Below are positions 18,964 through 28,667 of a DNA stretch of 64,000 bases, piece by piece. The DNA is taken from positions 1,024,001-1,088,000 of the forward strand of contig CATQHZ020000001.1 in NCBI GenBank assembly GCA_958296135.2. The letters run 5' to 3'. The notes under the pieces are model-generated. The model had not been told where the DNA came from. It made no database searches and was given only the letters and a program-made list of their open reading frames with translations. The position numbers were made by a program, and so were the translations under genes. Each line of letters starts with the position of its first letter. The first letter of the stretch is position 1. The DNA is from an uncultured Poribacteria bacterium. GTDB lineage: Bacteria > Poribacteria > WGA-4E > WGA-3G.

Positions 18964-20976
18964 TTAGAACAAGAACCGATACATCGGCCGGTCCAACGTA
19001 ATCCCAATGAGGCTCCACACGCTACCGACGATGAACTCACCCAAGATTAAGCCGAGAAACAGCGGGATGAGTTTCCGATGCGTGCTCACACCGCCGTGAC
19101 GCAGGATAATCCACTTCAGTGCTGAACTGACGAAGATTGAAAACCAGAACACATTCATCGACCAGCTGCTTGAAATCGCGAAGCCTGCCGGGTGGAACGG
19201 CCACCAAAACAGTTGCATCCGCATCACCATCAGGAGGCATGTGATGGCAAACCCGATGCACATCGCGATAATCGCTGGGACATCGGGTGACTTCGGCGAG
19301 ACGAGCCAGCTCTGCAGCCGATTAAACGGCCGCCCTGCAAACCAATCCCGTGCGCCTTCAATATAGGAGATGTGATAGAACGCCCAGAACGAGGCGAACG
19401 TGCCGATGACAATCGCGATGCACATCGCTATCAGCAAGCGTCTGTTGGAAATCCCGGTCCGCTCTGCTAATTTAAACCCCTCCAAGATGTGCGGCATCGG
19501 ATGCCCGCGGTAGGCGCGGTTGAAAAAGAAGAGGTAGGCGAACGTCGTCAGATTCTGCGGGCCGAGGAGGCGCGTGCCGAAAATGCGCGGCATCATTTCA
19601 TCGGGCCCGATGAAATGCAAATCGTGGACAGGGGAACCGAGCTCGGCGCGCATCCGCGTCACCGCTGTTGAAATCGCATAGTAAATCCCGAAGAACACCA
19701 GAATCACCCACATCGACATCCCCGCTATTTTACAGAAAGTGACGATAAAGAGGAGGCTCGCGAGCAGCCCTAGCACGGTGACGCGATAGGACATCGGCTC
19801 ATCTGAGTCGTCAGCGCGCTTGTCATTGCTAAAGATTTTCCTGCCTACCTGCGCGAGGTGTTTGCGCGTTGCGATGATGGCGATGACGAACAGGCCGAGA
19901 TACGCGCCGAAGGACTGCTCATCGGTGAATGGGAAGTTCGGCATGCCGCGCACGCCTAACGCGTCCCCGAAGACGCGTTCTACCTTCCAAAACAGATAGA
20001 AAAACCAGCACGAAAACGACAGATCCAACGGAATAAAAAACGCGATACCGACAGCGAACGGAAACACGGCGATGGGTGTCCACCCTATCGCGCTCCACGG
20101 TTTCTGTGTGAAAAAGGGACGTAAATCGTAAAGTCTGCCGCCCAAACTCGGCACGGTGGGATAGAGGTGATGGAGTCCATTCAGGATATCGATTGCTCCG
20201 GCTATCCCGAACCCTAACCACATCATCTTGTTTGTCAACAGGTTGGTGCGGCTTTGGCCGGTTAGTTCCAACGGCAGTTGGATGATGGGGTAACTCAGTT
20301 TCTCATGTTCTGTCCACTGCTTTCGGACGAGGCTATTGATGCACACCATGAGGAACACCATCGCGCACAGAAATCCGCCCCACGCCACCGTTGTTGTCAG
20401 CCACCCTTCCACGACTTCCCATCGGTAAAAGGTTGTCTCGCCGCGGTAGTATTCTGTCAGGAAGGCGCGTTCCTTCACCGCCATCCAATCTGGGATGTAC
20501 CGATGGAACAAGTCTGCCCAGTCGTTTTCGGGTGTTGCGTACCAGAAGGCATACGGAATCATCGGGATTAAGACGCGCAGCACGTCATGTCCCGCCAACG
20601 AAGAGGCAATCGCCAACATGACATAGATAGTCAGCAATTCCCCTTGCCTGAGCCCGTAGGAGAACTCTCCCGTTCTCGATGCCTTTCCATTGTAGGCGCG
20701 TCCTCCTAGTCGCGATACCCCCCTCAACACCAAATTCGCGCCTGTCAACACAAAGACGCAGAAAATAACGTTAAAATAGAGTGAAACGGTTGTCGGGAAT
20801 CCTTGTCCTGCCGAATCCAGAATCCAATAGACGTTTGGGATAATGAGGACGGTGCCGATGAGGATGGCGCGCCACGTCGCACCAAAAGTTTGTTGTGAAG
20901 AAGTTTTTCTCAAATTTTCAGGTTCCTGTTCGATGATATTAAAGGGCCCGCTAGTCCTGCGCGGGCATTGGGGCAT
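18964..20976 (-). CDS. OPT-like multi-pass membrane protein (DUF6785/DUF6784-like)
   Basis: RKQWTEHEKLSYPI, RMRAELG, WWPFHPAGF, FLGLILGEF; many TM helices; start uncertain. Confidence 0.8.
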   Translation of the reverse strand: MPQCPRRTSGPFNIIEQEPENLRKTSSQQTFGATWRAILIGTVLIIPNVYWILDSAGQGFPTTVSLYFNVIFCVFVLTGANLVLRGVSRLGGRAYNGKASRTGEFSYGLRQGELLTIYVMLAIASSLAGHDVLRVLIPMIPYAFWYATPENDWADLFHRYIPDWMAVKERAFLTEYYRGETTFYRWEVVEGWLTTTVAWGGFLCAMVFLMVCINSLVRKQWTEHEKLSYPIIQLPLELTGQSRTNLLTNKMMWLGFGIAGAIDILNGLHHLYPTVPSLGGRLYDLRPFFTQKPWSAIGWTPIAVFPFAVGIAFFIPLDLSFSCWFFYLFWKVERVFGDALGVRGMPNFPFTDEQSFGAYLGLFVIAIIATRKHLAQVGRKIFSNDKRADDSDEPMSYRVTVLGLLASLLFIVTFCKIAGMSMWVILVFFGIYYAISTAVTRMRAELGSPVHDLHFIGPDEMMPRIFGTRLLGPQNLTTFAYLFFFNRAYRGHPMPHILEGFKLAERTGISNRRLLIAMCIAIVIGTFASFWAFYHISYIEGARDWFAGRPFNRLQSWLVSPKSPDVPAIIAMCIGFAITCLLMVMRMQLFWWPFHPAGFAISSSWSMNVFWFSIFVSSALKWIILRHGGVSTHRKLIPLFLGLILGEFIVGSVWSLIGITLDRPMYRFLF

Positions 20977-20990
20977 TGCGAGGGAAACCG

Positions 20991-23900
20991 TTATACGGGC
21001 TCAATGGCTTGCATGACGCGCAACGTCTCCGCTACCGACGCTAGCACCTGACGATACTGACGGATATCCGCATGCGTCAACGCCTCACCCCGCCGGTCGC
21101 GCAGCCACTTTTCGCAGACTTGATACGAACCTATCTCAAATGCCCACACCGCCGATGGCACCTCCGAGAAAGACTGCGTCTGATTTATCCAGACGCGCCC
21201 CTCGCGGTATTGCACGCGGGCGACAACGCTGTCGCCTTCTCCCTCAAATCGGGAAGTTGTACTTGGGTGCTCGCGCCTACCGAGGTGCGCGTCGATTAAG
21301 ATGTGCCCGAGCCCCGCGAGTTTTTGGAACTGCGTCATATCTGTCGGCAAGGGGATGCGCGGGAAGTCGTATCTCAGGAATTCTGCATACCGTTCGCGAT
21401 AAGCCGGACTGTGCAAAACGGCGTAGATATAGGCGAGGATGTCCTCCGGGGAAATTCCTTCGGGGAGTCCAAATTGTGCTGTCCGCGGCACGCCGAGTTT
21501 CTCGGCGAGAGTCTTGAGAAAGGCAGGCGTTAAATTGAGTGCCCGTTCTCTCGCCAATTCCAACTCTTCTGGATGTGGATAAAGATAGAGCGGGAACACG
21601 TGACTTGCTGTTTCGCTTTTATTGGAGACACAACTCTTTTCGGCGATACAGTCGGTTATCAACACGTGTTGCCACACGGGGCTCTTGACACCATGACAGA
21701 CACAAAGTGCAAGGTTTTGCCCGGCGCGCAGATGATGCATCATCTTGCTGGCCGGTGTGCTGTGAAACCCGCGCGACTGTCCAGTATAGTAGGTAGAACG
21801 GGTATCAAACGGCCGGTAATATGCACGCGCAATGTACGCGTCCTTGGGAAAATAGCGGATTTCGGAGTGCTTATCCTCCGTATCGCAATGCGCGCGGAGG
21901 TCCGCTTGTGCCGAACGAACCTTCCAATCCCGACTATCTTTTTTTAATTGATATTTTAGTCGTGCCTCTGTTTCGGACAGTGACGCAAAGTCGGCTACCG
22001 TCTGCCGGACAGCTTCCTCTGTGCGATGGATGGTTAATTTATCCCGCGATGTCACGAACCCGACGGAATGTTCCAGAAAGATGTCGGACATTTCCCATCC
22101 AGCCTCATATTCTGCTTTGTGCTCAGTGCATTGCGGCACAAAGAGATAATGCGGCGAGGTAGAATGGAGTTCCTCCCACTGGGTGTTAAGGACATCTGTT
22201 GCCGAAAGCACGCGATGTTTTTCGTCACGTGTCCCCCAGACATCAGCGTAATAGATGTTGGCAGGAGCCGGATTGTGGCGTTCTTTCACACACAACAGGA
22301 TAGTTACCCCTTGTTGGATGTCAAAAACGTTTTCGTTGCTTTGCCCATCAGGAACAGTCTCAGTTTTTCTGCTATTCCCGTGTAAATTGAGAAGGTAAAT
22401 AGCATTGAAACTGTTGATTAAATTATGCCGCATCCCGCGAAAACTGGGCCCGTCAAGGAAACTGTGGCTCACAATGTAACCGATGAGCCCCTCACCGTTC
22501 TGTGCAATGCGCCACTGGGCCCATCGGATAAACTTGACATAGTCACCCTGAAGGACCTTGTAATTTTTCTCCCCGATCGGGCTTCCATCTATTTCCTTGT
22601 AATCCTCAATGAGTCTTCCGATAAAGGTGAATTCCCCATGCCTACTACGACTCGGGTTCGCGGAGTTCTCGGGATAAGGCGGATTGCCGACGATGACGAG
22701 CAGCGGCAAATCCCGTTTCACGGAGACCGCGGCGTTTGCCTCATCGGTGAGGAATTCGGCGAAGATATGCCCCTCGCGTTCGACCGGGGCCTCCAGCGTA
22801 TTCGTGAGGTAAATGTGGAGGCGTTCGGCCTCCGACGGTGTCCACCCGTGTGCTTGCAGAAAGCGGCTCAGGTTGAGATGCGCAATCGTGTAAGGCGCGA
22901 CGAGCAGCTCAAACCCGAACAGCCGCGGGACGAGTGAGGTGTTCACATAGGGGGCCCACGCCGCAGCGCCGTCTGTTTCGATGACGTGTTGGCGGATGTG
23001 GTTCAGCACGGCCATGAGGAACCCGCCGGTGCCGGTGGCCGGATCGAGGATGAGCGTGTCGTTATCGGCGAGGCCGTCTTGTTTTTTCAACGCCGTTTTG
23101 AGCAGTGCATCGACGGAGCGGACGATGTAGGAAATCACGGGTTGCGGCGTGTAGTAGACCCCTCTGTCGACGCGTCGCCTCGGGTCATAGGCGGCGAGGA
23201 ATGTTTCGTAGAAGTGGATAACCGGGTCTTCTGCGTGCGTGCGTGCGTCAAAAGCGGTGCGGAGCATATCGGTAGAGACGCTGCGTAAGAGCGTGGCGAT
23301 TTCATCTAAAATCCACGTGACGTTGCTGTTTTGCAGCCGTCGCGCCGTGATTTGTTGGAAGAGCTCAATCAGGAACGGGTTTGAGTTTGGCAGTGCGTCG
23401 GCGGCGGTGCTGCGCGAGAAGTTAGTTGCAGTCGGGAGCGTGTATCGCGCGGCGAACAGGCCGTAGGCGAGTGTTTGCGCGTACATATCGGCGAAATCGG
23501 GGGGTGTGAGCGTTGAGAGGAGTTGTTCCTGAAACGCCTTGAACATGCGGAAGAGCGTGCTTTCTTCGTCGGTGAGTGCGGTTGCGATTTGGGTGTGAAG
23601 TTCGCGCGTGCGTCGGGCGAGATGCGTTGCGAGCACCTCCGGTGTCGTGATGTTCAGTGTGCCTGCGCCGAAAAAGTGATTGAGGAGGGTTTCTAGCGTA
23701 TGCACCGGGGAATTTCGGGACAGGGAGGTCGCGCCTGCCGGGGAGCGTCGAGACCGGGAGGTCTCTCCTACTGGGGAGAGGTGCGCCGTTGCGCGCAAGT
23801 GTCCCTCGGTATAAAGGCGAAATTCAAGGAAATTGGTGAGGATAAAATTATCCAAGTTTTCGATGAAGCGCGCGTTCTGTTCACGAGCGTGTCCGGTGAG

Positions 23901-24191
23901 TGCGTCCAAGTCCGTGCCGAATTTCTCGGCTTCGATATAGCCGATAGGGAGCAGGCCGGCCATGGCGATGAAATCCGGTCTGCCGACTTCAAGTTGGCGC
24001 GGTTCATGCGTTAGCGTGATGGCATGTCCGAGGCAAGTTGCGCTTTGTTCCAAGAACGCCTTCAGGCAGGCATGGAGGGAGAGTTCCTCGGTTGCGAGCG
24101 GGCTGTCGTGCGTCTCTTGGAGTTCTCGCAGATAGGTGTGACATATTTGTTGAAAGTGCATATTGGTTCCAGTGCTCGTGGCGCGGGGCAA
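20991..24191 (-). CDS. Single-chain type IIG/ISP-like restriction-modification enzyme (N6-adenine MTase plus specificity domain)
   Basis: GVYYTP, LDPATGTGGF, GNPPY, YRPFD, YAVLHSPAYRERY; no helicase motifs seen. Confidence 0.9.
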   Translation of the reverse strand: MPRATSTGTNMHFQQICHTYLRELQETHDSPLATEELSLHACLKAFLEQSATCLGHAITLTHEPRQLEVGRPDFIAMAGLLPIGYIEAEKFGTDLDALTGHAREQNARFIENLDNFILTNFLEFRLYTEGHLRATAHLSPVGETSRSRRSPAGATSLSRNSPVHTLETLLNHFFGAGTLNITTPEVLATHLARRTRELHTQIATALTDEESTLFRMFKAFQEQLLSTLTPPDFADMYAQTLAYGLFAARYTLPTATNFSRSTAADALPNSNPFLIELFQQITARRLQNSNVTWILDEIATLLRSVSTDMLRTAFDARTHAEDPVIHFYETFLAAYDPRRRVDRGVYYTPQPVISYIVRSVDALLKTALKKQDGLADNDTLILDPATGTGGFLMAVLNHIRQHVIETDGAAAWAPYVNTSLVPRLFGFELLVAPYTIAHLNLSRFLQAHGWTPSEAERLHIYLTNTLEAPVEREGHIFAEFLTDEANAAVSVKRDLPLLVIVGNPPYPENSANPSRSRHGEFTFIGRLIEDYKEIDGSPIGEKNYKVLQGDYVKFIRWAQWRIAQNGEGLIGYIVSHSFLDGPSFRGMRHNLINSFNAIYLLNLHGNSRKTETVPDGQSNENVFDIQQGVTILLCVKERHNPAPANIYYADVWGTRDEKHRVLSATDVLNTQWEELHSTSPHYLFVPQCTEHKAEYEAGWEMSDIFLEHSVGFVTSRDKLTIHRTEEAVRQTVADFASLSETEARLKYQLKKDSRDWKVRSAQADLRAHCDTEDKHSEIRYFPKDAYIARAYYRPFDTRSTYYTGQSRGFHSTPASKMMHHLRAGQNLALCVCHGVKSPVWQHVLITDCIAEKSCVSNKSETASHVFPLYLYPHPEELELARERALNLTPAFLKTLAEKLGVPRTAQFGLPEGISPEDILAYIYAVLHSPAYRERYAEFLRYDFPRIPLPTDMTQFQKLAGLGHILIDAHLGRREHPSTTSRFEGEGDSVVARVQYREGRVWINQTQSFSEVPSAVWAFEIGSYQVCEKWLRDRRGEALTHADIRQYRQVLASVAETLRVMQAIEPV

Positions 24192-24317
24192 ACCCTCGGC
24201 AGTTAGTGACTGCCGGGCCCCCGCGAACTTTCTGCGGGCCCGACTCGGGCGCGGGACAGGTTTTCCCTCGCCCGACAGGCCGGGCCGGCGAGGACAGGAG
24301 GAGAGAGTCCTCCGTCC

Positions 24318-25235
24318 TTACGATTCCTCAGCGGATTTTTGCCGGTCGCGTTCAATTTGCAATTGCCGGTAGGCTTCTTTGAGTTGTGCGAGTGCCTCGA
24401 AAGCCTCGTCGGCTCGTGCGTCGGCTTGTTCGGCATCGGCTCGTGCTTGTTCGGCATCCGCTTCTGCCTGCAGTCGTGCGGCGGCTTCATCTCGCGCATC
24501 CGCTTCTGCGCGCTGCTGCGCCAGCGTCGCCCGTGCAGCTGCTGCCTCGGCACGCTCTGCTAGCGTCTCAAAGGCTTCAACCCGCTCGGCAGCCGCATCC
24601 ATCGGTGTCTCTAACCACCGAGATGCAACCGGATCATAGAACCCAAAGCTATCTCCGCGTAACCCCAGAGATAACCCTAGCGTCTCTGAAAACACTTTCC
24701 CATCCGCCTCAGGCCGAATCGCAACATAGCCGCTGCCAACAAGCCGAAACCCCATCAACGGAGCAGGTAAATACTTACGCTCCGGATCGTATAGGAAGTA
24801 TTCCCGGACACCCAGCACTTCAGCGTAGAGTGTCTTCTTCGCACCCAGGTCGTTTTCAAACGTGCTTTTGCTCGAAAACTCTAACACGAAATCCGGGGGT
24901 TTGCCTTCTTCCCAGATTTTGTAGATGCGCCGCTGCTTCCGGGCGACACCGAACGTCACAAACACATCCGGTGCCAGCGATTTCCGGATTTCGCCAAGGG
25001 AGTAATACATGAGCATGTTGCCAGAGACGCAGACATCGGGGATGTGCTGAAATCGTGCGTCAAGCGTCAAGAGGGAGTCAATGAGTAGGTCGCGATGCAG
25101 TTCGGTTTCAGCCATAGGTTGTCCATCCGATTCGGGATAGTCGGTATCGTCCTCACATGCCGGCTCATAAGGGCGCGGCGGCGGTGCGCCGCGGTAAGCG
25201 GGGTATATCGCTTCGGCGTGTCTATTGGTTTGCAT
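24318..25235 (-). CDS. Uma2-family endonuclease with coiled-coil tail
   Basis: YPESDGQPMAETELH, APDVFV, PDFVLEFSSKST, GVREYFLYDP. Confidence 0.9.
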   Translation of the reverse strand: MQTNRHAEAIYPAYRGAPPPRPYEPACEDDTDYPESDGQPMAETELHRDLLIDSLLTLDARFQHIPDVCVSGNMLMYYSLGEIRKSLAPDVFVTFGVARKQRRIYKIWEEGKPPDFVLEFSSKSTFENDLGAKKTLYAEVLGVREYFLYDPERKYLPAPLMGFRLVGSGYVAIRPEADGKVFSETLGLSLGLRGDSFGFYDPVASRWLETPMDAAAERVEAFETLAERAEAAAARATLAQQRAEADARDEAAARLQAEADAEQARADAEQADARADEAFEALAQLKEAYRQLQIERDRQKSAEES

Positions 25236-25416
25236 TGTCGTTTCTCCTTGCGCGTCGGAATAACTCTTATGTTAAGTATACCATCAAACAGCGCGGGTGT
25301 CAAGTTTTTCTTGCGCTTTTTTGCGAAGCGGTGTAGAATGTTTCTAGACATGCGAGATGGCGAGGGACAGGTTTGCCCTCGCTCGCGCTACGTTTATTGA
25401 TAGAGAGGACAAAACT

Positions 25417-26238
25417 ATGGATACAACATCGGCAGTTTTTACACCGGAACACAAACAGTTCGTTGAGAATAACGGCTATCTCCTGATTAAGAACGCTTTG
25501 CCCCCGGGGGTGGTGGCGGAAATCGATGCCGCCGTTGACGAGGTCTACGAGAAGGAGAAGGCCGCCGGCCGGCTTGAAACAGGCGGCAAGCTAAACCTCC
25601 GCAACTGCATCACGCACCACGAGGCGTTTCTGCAACTTCTGGACTGGGAGAAAACGGTGCCGCTTGCTTACGGCGTGCTGAATTGGAACGTCCAGATGAT
25701 TACGTCGCATCTGATTGTGCTTCCTTCCGGCGAGGAGCCGCCTGCGGCAGTGAAGAACCGCATCGGTTTGCATCGCGATGGTGGCACGTCGTATCGTGAG
25801 ATGCAGGAGCCGCACCCGCGGATTATGCTGAAAATCGCTTATGCTATCAGCGACCAGGCGGACCCGGCTTCTGGGGCGACGGTTATCGTGCCGGGCAGTA
25901 ACCGCCTCTCCGGCCGGCCGGCGACCGATCCGGATACGGGCTGGGCGCGCGGCGCGATTTCGATGAACATTGACGCTGGCGATGCGTTCCTCTTTGAGCA
26001 GCGCACGTGGCACGGCATCGGACATAACTGGTCTGGTATCCCGCGGAAGACTATCTTTATGGGATACGCTTACCGCTGGGTGAAGCCGATGGATTACATC
26101 ACGATGCCGGATGCGCTCGTTGAGCAGTGCAATCCGATTCAGAAGCAGCTCATCGGTGTCGTCAGCGATCCGCTCAGTTATTACCTGCCGCAAGACCCGG
26201 ATGTGCCGTTGAAGGCGGTGCTTGGCGCAGAAGGTTAA
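25417..26238 (+). CDS. Phytanoyl-CoA dioxygenase (PhyH) family protein
   Basis: NGYLLIKNAL, HRD, GATVIVPGS, WHG; GAGG RBS. Confidence 0.9.
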   Translation: MDTTSAVFTPEHKQFVENNGYLLIKNALPPGVVAEIDAAVDEVYEKEKAAGRLETGGKLNLRNCITHHEAFLQLLDWEKTVPLAYGVLNWNVQMITSHLIVLPSGEEPPAAVKNRIGLHRDGGTSYREMQEPHPRIMLKIAYAISDQADPASGATVIVPGSNRLSGRPATDPDTGWARGAISMNIDAGDAFLFEQRTWHGIGHNWSGIPRKTIFMGYAYRWVKPMDYITMPDALVEQCNPIQKQLIGVVSDPLSYYLPQDPDVPLKAVLGAEG

Positions 26239-26245
26239 ACGCGTT

Positions 26246-26276
26246 CGGTAGGCGCGGTTTTGAACCGTGCCTACCG
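26246..26276. repeat. REP-like palindrome between convergent genes
   Basis: cggtaggcgcggttttgaaccgtgcctaccg. Confidence 0.8.
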
Positions 26277-26287
26277 GGTTCGTCTAC

Positions 26288-27181
26288 TTACTTCAATTCT
26301 GCTTTGAGCGAGAGGCTATAATCGAGCAACGCGTTTGCATACGGCATATTATGGAGTCCATATCCGCTATCGCCTTTTACCATGTCGTAGTTGAGTTTGG
26401 CGTCTTGATATGCCTGCGAAGTTGTGTCGTTGGCGTTATCTAGCATGGCTTTGACTGCCTGCATTTTTGCTTCGATTTCGGCTCGATATCTCGGCAGTTT
26501 TACGTTCATGTTGTTATCGGCGGAGTCGTGGCATCCGGCGGTGCTACACACCGCTATGTCGGCGATGAACGTGTGTCCTCCGTGTTGCGCGATTGTCATC
26601 GGATCTTCTTTTGCCATGTGGCATTGGACGCACCGTTTTTTCATCGCGCGCACGTGCGGCGATGGCATCCGTTTCACGCCTGCTCCCTCGCGTCCGAGGA
26701 ACATCTCCGATTGCGATTGATGCACTGTGCCTGCCCCGGCGCAGCCGCAGTCCATTTTATGGCAGCTGACGCACAACTTTTTCGCGGGCATCACTAAGAG
26801 GTGTTCCTCTTTGCTGGCATGCGAATGACAAGAAGAGCAGGCAACCGCATTCACTGCAGTCTCTAGGTTATACGTATGCCCCGGATACACCCTGTCAACG
26901 AAGTTCTCGTATCCTGACGAATGGCAGCTCAGACAGGAACGGACGACCGGATAAGGCCCCGCGTGCAGATTGACGAGGGCTTTGGCGTGTCCTGCGTGTG
27001 TCCATTCCTGATATGCCGGTTCACTTCCGTGGCATTTGTTGCATCCTTCCGCGAACGGCGTGCTCGGCGCGGCGGTATCTATTGCTTCGTCTGCCCGAAG
27101 GTTTGCGAGCAACAAGAGCGTCAGCATGCCCATCAACAGCGATAGGCAGAAAAATAAGAGTCCCTGTTTTGGGTATTTCAT
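26288..27181 (-). CDS. Exported multiheme c-type cytochrome
   Basis: Signal peptide; CNKCH, CLSCH, CSSCH, CVSCH, CVQCH plus CSTAGCH; GYGLHN tail. Confidence 0.9.
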   Translation of the reverse strand: MKYPKQGLLFFCLSLLMGMLTLLLLANLRADEAIDTAAPSTPFAEGCNKCHGSEPAYQEWTHAGHAKALVNLHAGPYPVVRSCLSCHSSGYENFVDRVYPGHTYNLETAVNAVACSSCHSHASKEEHLLVMPAKKLCVSCHKMDCGCAGAGTVHQSQSEMFLGREGAGVKRMPSPHVRAMKKRCVQCHMAKEDPMTIAQHGGHTFIADIAVCSTAGCHDSADNNMNVKLPRYRAEIEAKMQAVKAMLDNANDTTSQAYQDAKLNYDMVKGDSGYGLHNMPYANALLDYSLSLKAELK

Positions 27182-27358
27182 TATCTCATTATCACCTCGT
27201 GAAATGTGTTGTGGATTTTATGGGTAGGGTATACGATTTTGCAAATTCTGTCAAGGGTAAACTGAATTGTTTCCAATCGTTCTAACGTTCCCATTTTCTC
27301 TTGACAAATGAACGTGAATAAGATATTTTAATTTGAGAATTGAAGGAGGAATTGCATT

Positions 27359-28012
27359 ATGGCTCAAAGTGTCTTTAACGGGAAGAACATGGATGGTTGG
27401 CTCGCCAGGGGCGGGGCACCGGAACACGAATGGGCAGTTGCTGGTGATATCGCGCTCGATCTGGACAACGCGAAGTTGTTGGCACCTAGCCCCGGCGCGG
27501 GGCTCTTTTACAACGGCCCCACCGGGCGCACCGTCGATATCTACACTGAAGCCGAATACGGCGATTGCGAACTGCACGTGGAATTTATGGTGTCGCAAGG
27601 CTCCAATTCCGGCGTTTATCTCATGGGCAGATACGAGCTCCAGATTTTGGATAGTTGGGGTGAGACGGGGCTCGGCTATGGCACCTGCGGCGGAGTCTAT
27701 TGCCGCTGGATTGACGAGAAGCCGGTAGATGGCGTGCCGCCCCGCGTCAATGCGAGCAAACCGCCCGGCGAGTGGCAGCGTTATGACATCACCTTCCGTG
27801 CGCCGCGGTTCGATGCAGATGGAAATAAGACTGCCAATGCGACGTTTGTCAAGGTGGTATGGAACGGTGAGGTGATTCATGAGAACGTTGAGGTAGCGGG
27901 TTGCACGCGCGGCGCGATGCTCCCCGATGAAGCTACCACTGGCCCCTTGATGTTGCAGGGAGACCACGGGCCCGTAGCATATCGCAATGTTGTCCTGAAA
28001 TCGATTTCATAA
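27359..28012 (+). CDS. DUF1080 (3-keto-disaccharide hydrolase-like) protein
   Basis: FNGKNMDGW, NSGVY, YELQILDS, GEWQ, LQGDHG. Confidence 0.9.
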   Translation: MAQSVFNGKNMDGWLARGGAPEHEWAVAGDIALDLDNAKLLAPSPGAGLFYNGPTGRTVDIYTEAEYGDCELHVEFMVSQGSNSGVYLMGRYELQILDSWGETGLGYGTCGGVYCRWIDEKPVDGVPPRVNASKPPGEWQRYDITFRAPRFDADGNKTANATFVKVVWNGEVIHENVEVAGCTRGAMLPDEATTGPLMLQGDHGPVAYRNVVLKSIS

Positions 28013-28053
28013 ATGCCTGGGGCGCGCTTGCTTCTGAGTGTCAGGGCGGATTT

Positions 28054-28581
28054 CTATATCTGCCCGTTTCGGGGATGATGCAAAATGTGATATGTTGCGA
28101 CGGCGAGTGCGACATGCACATTCAATGAACGCACCTTGCCGTACATCGGCAGGTAAATTGCCGCGTCACACGCTTCGAGCGTCCGCCGGGAAACGCCGCG
28201 GTATTCGTTGCCTACGACTAAGCACACCTTTTCAGGATACTCGGCTGTGTAATATGGCGTGGCACTTGATGTCACCTCTAGCGCGTAGTTGGCGTAGCCT
28301 TGCGCCTTGTAAGCTTCAATTGCGTCGGCGGCATGTGTGGTAGTGTGCCATTTGACTCGGCGATGCGCGCCGCGTGCGACCCCGGCGATTGTCGGGTGCG
28401 GTGGTGTCGCGCTGATGCCGGCTAAGACAATTTCGTTAACGCTGCACGCGTCCGCGATCCGGAAGCATGCGCCGACGTTAACCGGGTCCTCCACGTCTTG
28501 CAGGATAAAAACGAGCGCGACCGGCGGGTATTTTGCTTGTTTCAGGAATTGTTTGAGTTGCTTATCACGTAGTTGTTTCAT
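28054..28581 (-). CDS. SpoU/TrmH-family RNA methyltransferase
   Basis: DPVNVGACFR, VGNEYRGV, LPMYGKVRSLNV. Confidence 0.9.
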   Translation of the reverse strand: MKQLRDKQLKQFLKQAKYPPVALVFILQDVEDPVNVGACFRIADACSVNEIVLAGISATPPHPTIAGVARGAHRRVKWHTTTHAADAIEAYKAQGYANYALEVTSSATPYYTAEYPEKVCLVVGNEYRGVSRRTLEACDAAIYLPMYGKVRSLNVHVALAVATYHILHHPRNGQI

Positions 28582-28667
28582 CTGTTAATCTAAAATTGCT
28601 CTTGCGGTAGGAGCCCCCCGGTCTCGATTTTTATTGGATTTCGGGACTGAGAAGAAACGAGAGAAAA

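Noticed and set aside
19510-19527. REP copy in the OPT-like gene (gtaggcgcggttgaa)
   Set aside because: Only one arm is present and it encodes a plausible native FNRAY segment; likely coincidental
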